DNA of 62,930 nt, filler included, from Guillardia theta CCMP2712 (Eukaryota; Protista; Cryptophyta): the NCBI RefSeq assembly GCF_000315625.1. It is 4 parts of 4 records of this genome, joined end to end, with 100 filler letters (N's around TTAATTAATTAA, not from the genome) between each part and the next. Parts side by side here need not be neighbours in the genome. Positions count along the whole stretch, not along the records: positions 30,639 to 49,983 come from NW_005434549.1; positions 50,084 to 51,728 come from NW_005434602.1; 2 more parts are not named here. One strand, written 5' to 3'. This document shows, piece after piece, positions 41,348 to 51,828 of the stretch. Every line of letters begins with the position of its first letter. Positions within the stretch are counted from its first letter, which is position 1. Position numbers and translations under genes: made by a program. The notes below the pieces were generated by a model, which saw only the letters and a program-made list of their open reading frames with translations, did not search any database and was not told where the DNA came from.

Positions 41348-42439
41348 CTAAGACCCCCTCCTTCGAAGCGTCTTTTGATAGAATTCTCGTGTCAACGAAA
41401 CATACTCTTCTGTATAAAAATCGTCGCTTTCATAGATACTGAGGCGTGTTTCTTGCAGAGGGCTGCTCAATTTTTTCACCACGACAACCTGAACATGATA
41501 GCAGTCATACCGTTGTTGCCATTCAAACTGGAGCAGGCTCCTGAAAGGATCTTTTTTGATAGTCTGAAATATGTGAGGTCAGATAACGTTTCCTGCACGC
41601 AACAATTCTTGTACCCCATGAACAGTGGTTCTCCGAACCACCTTCAATCCCTCCTTGGCTGCCAACAGCTCAAACGATACAGCGTCAGCGAAAGGAAGAA
41701 TTACACAGAAAGCTCCACTCTTCTTTAATAACATCTTCACACTCTGCAGGAGTTCTGCATGTGACAGCAAAAGTGTTTCTCGCGCTATTCTTCTCGCGTT
41801 CGATGAGGGATCAAGCCCTCCACATGAAGCATCGATTGGTTCCTTGTTCAGCAGAGGTTTGAAGTACGGGGGATTCGAGATGATAAGATCGTACTGAGCA
41901 TTGCAATTTGTGCGCCACGACTGAATGGAGCAACCCTTCACTTCGATCCGATCAGACCACTTGCTCCTTAAAACATTTTCATTTGCCTGTTCCGCACAAG
42001 AAGGTTCGATCTCAACTGCATGCACCCGATACTTACTAGCTCTCTGTGCCACCATTAAGCATAGGACCCCGGTGCCTGTTCCAATGTCCAACGCCAAGTT
42101 TCCTTCAGGTGGAATGCCAGCCCATGCGCCAAGCAGCACAGCGTCGGTTCCGACTTTCATAGCACACCTGTCTTGCTGCACGGAAAATTGGCGGAATACA
42201 AAAGTCTGACTTTTCATCCGACGACGTCCCTGACAAAAACTGGTTTCTTGCAATGTCGTGGCGTTTGATCCTTCAGGGACGGCAGACAAGCGTCGCAGCT
42301 GGAGCTGTTTTTGATTCTTATTGCAAGTTTCCAGAGCTCTTGCTGAGCAAGCAGCAGCCTGATGGATTCGGCAGCATATAACTTCCGCTGCCATCAACAA
42401 TGTCATGGGACGCACGTATTGTAAAATGTTCGTAGCCAT
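41348..42439 (-). CDS. tRNA1(Val) adenine(37)-N6-methyltransferase, YfiC/TrmN6-like, with N-terminal extension
   Basis: FVFRQFSVQQDRCAMKVGTDAVLLGAW; LDIGTGTG; YDLIISNPPYF; ARRIAR; C-terminal exon YTEEYVSLTREFY. Confidence 0.92.
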
Positions 42440-42548
42440 GTCATCGTCAGATTCAAAGAAAGCTTCTCTGGCGGAACGGAACGGTAATTTAGAGCGTAGA
42501 GGTTATTGGAGAGCGAGCTAATAGGGAGTAGCAGCGCAAGATGTTGAT

Positions 42549-42761
42549 GAAGAGACAAGAGTAGGCTTAAGATGATGCACTTGGAAGAGACAAGAGTAGG
42601 CTTAAGATGATGCACTTGGTAGAGACAAGAGTAGGCTTAAGATGATGCACTTGGTAGAGACAAGAGTAGGCTTAAGATGATGCACTTGGAAGAGACAAGA
42701 GAAGGCTTAAGATGATGCACTTGGAAGAGACAAGAGAAGGCTTAAGATGATGCACTTGGAA
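42549..42761. repeat. 35-bp minisatellite x6
   Basis: gaagagacaagagtaggcttaagatgatgcacttg head-to-tail with no spacers. Confidence 0.95.
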
Positions 42762-42832
42762 GCAGTTCGACAACCTCAAGGGTGACAGACTGCGATCCGT
42801 AGTCAGCTCCGAAGCTCTAAAGCGACATGCGC

Positions 42833-42882
42833 TAGGGAAGGGTTTAGGGTTTAGAGTCAGGAAAACGTTTATTTAGGGTTAG
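42833..42882 (+). repeat. short interstitial telomere-like repeats (telo-box-like)
   Basis: agggtttagggtttaga ... tttagggttag. Confidence 0.6.
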
Positions 42883-43359
42883 TTTGTAACGAACTAATCC
42901 TGGGCCCCGGGGGGGCGGGGGCAGCATGCCGAGTACACTCCGCCGGGCCAGTGTAAAATAGATCATTGAACGTGGAATAGATTTTGAATTTTGTTTTGAA
43001 TATTTTATACAAGCTTCATTGACTTTTCAAATTTTAAAGGTTTATTCGGGAGTCAAAGGAGATATTCTTCAGTCCTTTTGACCTTCGATGGTGATTCGAA
43101 ACGGTGTATGTTTCTTACCGGGATGGGACGCGGGGACCAAAAAAAGATGGCAGACTTCGTGATGGAAGGAGGCAGTTTGTATGACCATTGTACGATTGAA
43201 TTTCATTAAGTTGCTCTATAGTCCAAAAGGGCATGCATGGATGTTGATGCCCTCACGTTCCAGTTGCAGCCGTTCTTAACAATTATTTTATTATTAAATA
43301 CATTTTGTTTTTTTTGAAGACCTCATCTCCCATCTCCCATCTCCAATCTCCCATCATGT

Positions 43360-44145
43360 GAGACCAGTGGTACCGGTACATGGAACATGCTTGGTACCTG
43401 GAAGATGCTTTTGAGTACCCACCCATTCAATTCTGCTCTTTGCTCTGTTTTTGTGGTAGTCGACAGGATCACCCTTACCTCCGCTAATCTGACTACCCTA
43501 CCCACTGCGGAAATGACCTGTTCAATACATCACCCCACCCCCTTAGAAAAGATTCCGTCCACAGTCAGCATGGCAAGAGTTATGCACCCCCACTACCACA
43601 CCAACTGCCTACCCCCTTTTCCACCTCCACGAAACTACCTACCCCCTCCTCCTCAATACCAAACAACACAAGCCTCGCACATGCAAGGCTACATTCGGGT
43701 CTGCAGTACCCTACCCGGGCTCTCCCCATGCCTTGCTCCCCCCACCCTACTGTTATCGACATAAATACCCCTCATTTCCTGTTGTATTTCGTCGCCCCGC
43801 AAGCCCTACCCCTTCAGAACATCAAATCCAACAAACCACCCCTTGTGGGACCTCTCTCGTCGGTATAGCAGATCCTTATTTCTGTGGTTTATATGCCCTT
43901 GGGGTCCTTTGGATTCGATGGGACCCGACCCCCTGAGTATTCCGATCAAGTATCACTACATGAGAACAGCAAGATCGTACTCATAGGGGTCCCCCCAAGT
44001 GATTCTTCAATTGAATCTAAAGGCCACATCACCAACCCTCTCCACCTTTTGTCGGAACAATAATACATGAATCTGAACCCTACCCTTTTTCTCTCTCCCT
44101 GGGGGTGGATGACTACCCCACCCCCTCAGGGATGTCTCCCCCCGC
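43360..44145. other. TACCCC/CCCACC motif patchwork (reverse complement of the GGGGTA islands) in divergent promoter region
   Basis: tacccaccc, tacccta, ccccacccc, tacccc words throughout. Confidence 0.6.
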
Positions 44146-44692
44146 TCGTCTGCAGGCAGAGTAGTGTCAATGCTCAAAGGGACAATGAGGCTGAGGGCAA
44201 GACAAGAAGAGCAGACGATAGAATCAGATCTCAGTCACCACGAAACGAAGAGGAGATGGTTGTAATGCAAAGGAATAGCTCGATTCCATGTTCTGCTGCG
44301 CTCGCAGTTTGTGCGAGGATAAATACTACAGCAGGGTAACCGACAAGGCTGATTTTGAAGGCGAAAGATGCGATTTGGAGGGAAAGAGGGAACGAGACAA
44401 GAGCGAGCAGTCGAATTACTAAATGATGAATGTTTGATGATGAGACGCATATGCCCTGCATGTTGGAATAGCTCTGTGAGCAAAGTCAGAGATGGAACGA
44501 TGAAGAGTTGGAACTACAGTTCACATTTTCTCTTGTGTTCTTAGAGTAATCAGCTAACGCTGACTTTGTCAAGGTCTCGGCTTGCTTACAAGTGCTTCAA
44601 TAATTTGCGTGCTGATCGTCCTCGGTTTCAACGTAGACAACTCATTTCGTCACCTTGATACCACCAGCTAGCTTTTCTCACACATCACCATC

Positions 44693-47600
44693 ATGACGGT
44701 AAGTTCAGACGGCAAGTCCGCTGAACATGTCGAGAACGAAGATCCGCCAAAGGTGATTATATCGTGTAGGGGCACGGTGATTAACCGTGACATGTTAGAA
44801 TGTGACACCAAAGATCGAATCTTCTGCGACGGACCTGGTAAAGAAAGGTGTGCAGAGCAAACTGAATCTACGATCTTCTGAATATGTTTTATTCCTTAAA
44901 GAGAGTGAAGACATCATCGAGAACAAATCTGGATTAGACGTTACCAATGAATTCACAACCAGCTCGCCCAGTGAAGCAGATGCAACTGGAGATGATGACG
45001 ACGATAGCAAACATAACAAGTACTGCCATTTTTGTCAGCACGTGAAACTTCGTGCAAGCTCAATGTTGGCTTGTGAAAACAAAGGTTGTGCGCGCAGATT
45101 TTGTGAACATTGCTTGACTACTCAGGTAGTTTTCCTGATGCTTGCATGATAGCGCTGATTTTTGCGCCGCAGTTGAACGACGATCTTGATCGAAAGAATA
45201 GCAATGCTTGGCACAATGGAATCTGGCATTGTCCCGTGTGTCGCAAGCTCTGTTGTTGTGCTACACAGGCTGAGTGTTCATCGTCGCACAGGTGGAATAC
45301 TTTATTGTTTTCTTTGGGTTTCTGATTCGAATTCTTCGCTTCGTTGCTGCACAGACATTGCAAAGCGTACCGTTACAGGCGCAGACGAGCCGAAATCGCT
45401 GCCAAGAAACAATCACTGCAACCATCGGCTCAAATGATGTCACAATTGGGATGTGCTATGCCGAATGTCATGCAGCAGGGAATGATGCAGCATGGCATGA
45501 TGCATCATGGAATGATGCAGCATGGCATGATGCATCAGGGCATGATGCATCAGGGCATGATGCATGGAATGATGCAGCAGGGCATGGCTCAACAGAGCAT
45601 GATGCCACAGCAAGGAATGATGCCACAGCAAGGCATGATGCCACAGCAAGGAATGATGCCACAGCAAGGCATGATGCCACAGCAAGGAATGATGCCACAG
45701 CAAGGAATGATGCCACAGCAAGGAATGATGCCACAGCAAGGAATGATGCCACAGCAAGGAATGATGCCACAGCAAGGAATGATGCCACAGCAAGGAATGA
45801 TGCCACACGCCAATGGTTTGCAAGGCTCTGTAATGCAGCAATCTATGATACAAGGAGGGGTTTCTTCAATGATGCAACAGGGAATGCCACAACCAGGAGG
45901 TGAAAAATTAGTGCTGTCTCGTAAAAGGGGCATAATTTTGAATTTTTGTATAACTTTTTTGTAGGTATTGTCGACAGTGATATGAAACGGAGCATGGGTG
46001 GAGGTTACCAAGGTATTGGGATGTATCACTCACCTCAAGGTATGCAAATGCGATTTCCTCAAGGACAGCGAAGTCTTCAAGGAATGCAGAGCAATGGTTA
46101 CGTTGCGGGAAATCAAGATGATCATGACGCTGAGTATGGATCTCACACAAACTTGCACTCGAACAATATGCAACACCCTGGTGCAATGATTGCGGGATTG
46201 AATGGATACCAACAGCGCATCAACACCAGTATTCCAGAGGAAGATCTTTATTCCAACACGATGCATGGAGCCAATCAGTACAAAGTATACGGGAACGTTG
46301 TGTCAAATAATGACCAAAACCTGCCATATTTTGCAGACCACTATGATCAGAATATTGAGTATGCCAAATTGCCAAATCACTCCCAATCTCTTCATGACCT
46401 TCACGGCAACAACTCGAGTCCAGTTAACACAACCAGTGTTCCTGTGGATGATAGTTTGAACCATGACATCAACATCTCAAGCTCGATGCGCCGTACCAAG
46501 GCTTTGGGAAATATGCTGGGTGTGTATATTCACTGTAACGGTGTTGCTTGTTTTGACAGCGATGCAACAGACTACAAGAGTGAGCCATCAAAGACCGGGA
46601 TGCAACCACCTCCTGGCGCCTCGAAATGGGCTTCCAATGGTTTGTTGGATGAGGGCATTGCGGCTTCGATCGCCCCAGCTGACCAGATAGCCGAGAGGTT
46701 CGTCAAACTGAATCTGACCCAACAGACTGATGCTCTTCTCGCAGTTTCTCAGCTATGGGCAAGCCAGAACTTGGCATAGTTTCTTCTTTGTCGGGCGTTA
46801 ACGACGTAGATAGCATCCACATGCCGTCACGATCGAGACAAGATGAACCGGCTGTAGTATCAGGGTCCGTCGACACGCCACACGATCAGAACAGATCAAG
46901 TGGCGCAGTCAACAGTCGACAAGCCCAATCTTTGAACCCCACGTCGAGCTACTACAAGACATTGCCCAACGGTGTCACTATTTTGAGTACAATTCATTCC
47001 CCAGATGGCGATGAGAATGAAGAACCAAAGAGTGATGATGATACTGTATTCGGGAATTCGACAGAAAGATTTCAAAATCTGTCAGTTGCGCACGAAGACG
47101 AAGATGAAACGAGTTATGATGGCATCCAGACTATCCATGAGAACAAGCAAGCTGAGGCAGGCACAAGCCTTGGAGGTGGAATGAAGAGATTGAATCGAAC
47201 CGACTCCCACGAGTTCCTGACGTCAGCTGCATCCGGACGAGTCAACATGTCCAACGCGCTACTCATCAAGGGACGGCGATGGGGAGGTCAGTCATGCAGT
47301 GTTGTTGCTTTCTCTTGGTCGCTTCTTTTCTGATTCGTTTGAATTCAGGAAGTACAGAGAACCTAAGGAGATTGACCAGCGGAATGTCTCCAGCAAACAG
47401 CTGCGAGAACTTAGCTAATCTGAACCGGTCAGCTTTGTTTCCTTTGTCCGTAATTTTTCTGACCTCAAAACCTGCAGCTTATCATCTGGGTCCAGCAAGT
47501 CGAGTGGATCCACACACGAGACCCGTCTGCATGAAAGTCTACATCACGCTCTGATGCGCAAGTCCGTGGAGGAATATCAAGCACCGATCGGAGTGTCAGA

Positions 47601-48095
47601 GGAAGAGACTGACAACTCTGGAATCAATGGGCTGTCAGATGTCCCAACTCCTCCTGGAGGATCCTCGACAAGCTCAGAGCAAAGTCTTGCCACTGGGGCC
47701 GTTGAGGATCTTGACCGCCCAGGACTTTTCATGTCGGAGAGCACCAACAGCCTTCAATGTCTGCAGCCATCGGAAAGTATGACGAGCCTTTCTGGAGGAA
47801 TAATCGACCTCAACGGACTGCTCCGCTGCGGGAGCCAGGACAACTTCCTCGGTCTGTGAATGAGAAGTGCCTGCATGCTCCTTGAACTGATTGAAGGTGA
47901 AGGTGCTGATGATGACATGTTGATGGGCCTAGCAAGGAATGGGAGCTGTGACAGCCTGGTACGTTTCATGACAGAAATCTTAATGTCCCTGACATGTGAA
48001 ATCTTGATGTCCCTGACATGTGGAATCTTAATGTCTGACATGTGGAATATTAATGGCTTTGACTTGTTCATTTGTAGAACGCTTCTTCATTGATA
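44693..48095 (+). CDS. zf-4CXXC_R1-like zinc-finger protein with GMMPQQ repeats and long disordered C-terminus, multi-exon
   Basis: YCHFCQH..MLACENKGCARRFCEHCL..WHCPVCRKLCCC..C followed by basic HCKAYRYRRRR. 3' end approximate. Confidence 0.7.
45475..45806 (+). repeat. coding 15/18-bp tandem repeat (GMMQH, GMMHQ, GMMPQQ)
   Basis: ggaatgatgccacagcaa-type units, about 12 copies, preceded by 15-bp variants. Confidence 0.92.
47969..48056. repeat. ~24-bp intronic tandem repeat
   Basis: tgacatgtggaatcttaatgtccc-like units x3-4. Confidence 0.75.
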
Positions 48096-48699
48096 GGATG
48101 CAACGAGGCACTTGCAGGAAGACAGGTCAGCGATGTTGCTCTCATTTGCAGACATGTTGTAATGCTCCTCTCCACCAGGCGCATACTGCTCACACAATGG
48201 ATACTCGTTGGGAGTGGTGAGGAGACAGCATGTAATTGTGATTGTCAGCATGTTACGGTGAAGGACCGCATGTGTGCGTTTTCATACTGTAAGTTTACGA
48301 ATTCCTACGGGGTCTTTTTCCTCTTGGGCTCAAAATAAATGTAAACGCTGTGAAGCATTAAATTGACTTGGTATTGCGTTGTTGGACGTCTAGAAGGTGA
48401 ACACGCGCACCATCTCAGAGAGTAGGTCAGGGTCATGCGACTGAAAGTGAAGAGGAATGCCAGCCTGTTTCTGAGTCTTAAGCCAACGCAAAGATGTCAA
48501 CCGACCGGATACCTGCTCGAACTTCCGCAACCAAAGGCTTCTTGTGTCGGTGCTGTCACAACTGATGCATACAAATATAAGTGAGGAACACTCTGGTGCC
48601 GTTAATTTACCTGCACAGGTATCGATCTCCACCTACAGCCTCCACTTCGAAACCTGTACAAGCAATTACAAATTCCACATATCGCCTGTGTCATTTACA

Positions 48700-49600
48700 G
48701 ATATACTCTCCAAACTTAGGTTGGTTCAACACCTGCAAACGATACAGTCAAGAGATGAGCAGCTTCTTCGATGAAAGACATGAATCTCAGAAGTATCGTC
48801 GAGTTCAATCTCATAGTTCAACCCTTCATGCACGTTGTATGCCAGGCGCTGGCAAAGTGTCATTTCAAGCTTATCCCTGATTGAACCTTACATGACCATC
48901 GAAAGTGAAGAACTTCTTCTTCCATGTCTTTGTGAACCCGTCGAAGGCAAGCAGGTCGCCATGGATCCAAACATTGGGGGACTCTCGCGATCTGAGAGGC
49001 AGGCTGAGGTAGTAGAAAAAGCGTCACTTGAATGCCGAGATCAAAGAAAGGAAGACCTTTCTAGGAACTTATCGAACATCGCAGCAAAGGAGTTGTCTTC
49101 GTCCTCGTTCTGCCTCGGAGGAGTTGGTGACGGCAGGTTTGGGTTCTCATTTTTGTTGAAATCAGCAGGTCTGAAAAGCATCAGTGAGTGACCTTGCGAG
49201 GATGAGGAGGGAACTACAAGATCTCAGGACTCCGCTCGACGTAGCGATGGACCCGTGACTCGTTCTTGACAGGAGAAGACGAGATATAGATCAGGTTGGC
49301 GACTTGCTCTCTAGTATCTCTATGCGGACGCCTGGAGGAATTCGAGGCCTGGGCTTCAAACGTGTAGTTCTCAAGGTCTTCACCATACTTGGCTTGTAAC
49401 CTATGGTTCAGCTCCTCTTGGTCGTCCATGTAAGTCGATGCTATCTCGAAAGCGTTCTTGGCATTATCTGGGTTATACCGAAGATAGAACCCTTTCAATG
49501 CATAGATCAGCCCTTGCTTGTCCAGCCGCATCATCGCCTGCACGTAAGCCATGAGTTTCAAACTTCTAGGATGTTTCATTCACATTCCATTCTCTCCCAA
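48700..49600 (-). CDS. hypothetical protein with an FY-x2-YNP...L-x2-KYG helical module
   Basis: LKGFYLRYNPDNAKNAFEIASTYMDDQEELNHRLQAKYGEDL; boundaries uncertain. Confidence 0.5.
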
Positions 49601-49689
49601 CCCCACCCGGTTGACTCTGCTGGCACATGTTTCACTCACGATTCACACCTCCTAACCGGTTGACTAGCAGTCGACTCTGCTAACTCATC

Positions 49690-49806
49690 TCTCTGTCTCT
49701 CCCTCCCTCCCTCCCTCCCTCCCTCTCCCTCTCCCTCTCCCTCTCCCTCTCCCTCTCCCTCTCCCTCTCCCTCTCCCTCTCCCTCTCCCTCTCCCTCTCC
49801 CTCTCC

Positions 49807-49837
<31 letters not shown>

Positions 49838-49873
49838 CCTCCCTCTCCCTCTCTTTTCTCTCTCTCTCTCTCC
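49690..49873. repeat. (CTCC)/(CTCTCC)/(CT)n microsatellite
   Basis: Directly visible. Confidence 0.9.
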
Positions 49874-49983
49874 CTAGCAGCAGGTATGGAAGCGTGTTTC
49901 ATAGAAGATCAGCTTCAATCATACTTGATGTCAAACAAGGTAGTCTGGAGGACAATCTTGAGAAAGCTGAGGGGCCCCATCAT

Positions 49984-50083
49984 NNNNNNNNNNNNNNNNN
50001 NNNNNNNNNNNNNNNNNNNNNNNNNNNTTAATTAATTAANNNNNNNNNNNNNNNNNNNNNNNNNNNNNNNNNNNNNNNNNNNN
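49984..50083. other. artificial contig linker
   Basis: N-TTAATTAATTAA-N spacer. Confidence 0.97.
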
Positions 50084-50269
50084 TCCTCCTCCCCTCCCCT
50101 CCCTCCCTCCCTCCCTCCCTCCCTCCCTCCCTCCCTCCCTCCCTCCCCTCCCCTCCCTCCCCTCCCCCCTCCCTTCCCTCCCCTTTCCCTCCCATCCCCC
50201 CCCCCCCCCCTCTCCCCTCCTCCCTCCTGCTTCTCTCCTTGCTGTTCTGCTTTGGACTCATTCTCGTCC

Positions 50270-51680
50270 TTTCAGAAGCGTTTCCGCTTGCTGTTCGCAA
50301 CTTGGTAGCGGTAGGAGGAGGAGAAAGAGGAGCGGCAGGTCCAACATTAATTATGAAGCAGATTGTTATGAGCAACAAGAGGCCGCCAAGACAACTTCGC
50401 CATGTACCTCTTCCTCCTCCTCAGAATGCTTCATCTCTCCCCTCTCCTCCTCCTCCTCCCCCTCTTCCTCATCCTCTTCCGCCAACACCATCACCACCAG
50501 CTTTCTCTTTCCTCCTCCTCATTCCTTCTCCCTAGATCATCGGTCCTCCCCCCTACATCTCCTTCTTCCTTCCTTCTTCTCATCCTCCTCGCAGGATTGC
50601 ATGAAGGACTTCATGGCATTTCGAAACTTCTTCCTCAGCTCCATCACAAGGTCACTCAACTGAACCACCGAACCCTCTCCTCCCCTCTCCTCCCCTCCCC
50701 TCCCCTCCCCTCCCCTCCTCTCTCCTCTCTCCTCTCTCCTCTCTCATCATCTCTCAAGGTATCACAAGATTTCCTTTGCTCGCTTGCATCCCCTCGAGGC
50801 AGCAGCTGAGATGTGCTACGCCCGACATCATCGACTCTTTGTGAGGCTCATAACCTTTGTCTGCTCCCCTCCCCTTCTCGCGCTCCCTCTCTCCTGCTCC
50901 TGCTCATCCGTTCCTTCCTTTCATCCCTTCTCCCTTCTCATACTTGTTGCTCCTCTCTACCCTCTCCCTTCCTTGTTCTTCCTCCTCGAATGTGCTCTCC
51001 CGCTTAACCACTTGTTCGTCGTCCTAACTCTGTCGTCCTCCTCCTATTCCGCCCCCCCTACACTCCCCTTGCTCCTCTCTTTCTTCCTCCTTCATTGCAG
51101 ATGAGTCGAGTAGAGTACCAGCTCGAGACCAGAGAAGTTCTTCGACTCAACAGGAGGATGAGGACAGTAAAGACATTCTTGCGGTGAAATATCCTCCTCC
51201 CACCCTCTTATACCTCCCCTCCCTCCCCTCCCTCGCCTGACTCACATACTTTTACAGCATCGTCAAACAGAACCTTCGTCCTCCTGCTCTTATCATCATC
51301 CACAGGTTTCGATTTCCTCCCTCCCCACTCACTCACCCCCTCCTCTCCTCCTCCCCCTTCCCCTCACTTCGCCTCCTCCTCGCCTTCACGCTCGCTACTT
51401 CCTTCCCCTCTTCTCCTCACTTCGGTTCTTCAGAGCTCCTGCGATTTTCTCGTTGCCTCTCGCACATCACGCCAGGCACGTCGAAGAAGAAGTGAAGGAG
51501 GCGCTCAGAGGTTGGTCGTTTAGTCTTACACCATTAATTATCCTCCTCCTCCTCCTCCTCCTTTTCTCACTTACCTCTCACTCACTTTCCTTCACTTCTA
51601 CACAGGACTGCGGCGATCTCCTCAGGATGTGAAGATTGTACAGCAGGCGAATCCTCCTCCCAGCAAGAAGCGCATCTAGT
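50270..51680 (+). CDS. fragment of an unidentified multi-exon gene
   Basis: Short mixed-sequence blocks bounded by AG/GT, alternating with CT-rich intron-like tracts; no family recognised. Confidence 0.3.
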
Positions 51681-51728
51681 GATCCCTTACCATCGCAATC
51701 ACCCAAACTTTCCTCTCCCTTGATCCCG

Positions 51729-51828
51729 NNNNNNNNNNNNNNNNNNNNNNNNNNNNNNNNNNNNNNNNNNNNTTAATTAATTAANNNNNNNNNNNNNNNN
51801 NNNNNNNNNNNNNNNNNNNNNNNNNNNN
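51729..51828. other. artificial contig linker
   Basis: N-TTAATTAATTAA-N spacer. Confidence 0.97.

Noticed and set aside
42549-42761. 35-bp repeats resembling a CRISPR array
   Set aside because: Head-to-tail units with no unique spacers, no cas genes, eukaryotic context.
42792-42807. Exact 16-mer GCGATCCGTAGTCAGC shared with 59972-59987
   Set aside because: About one such match is expected by chance in 63 kb, and the flanks do not extend it.
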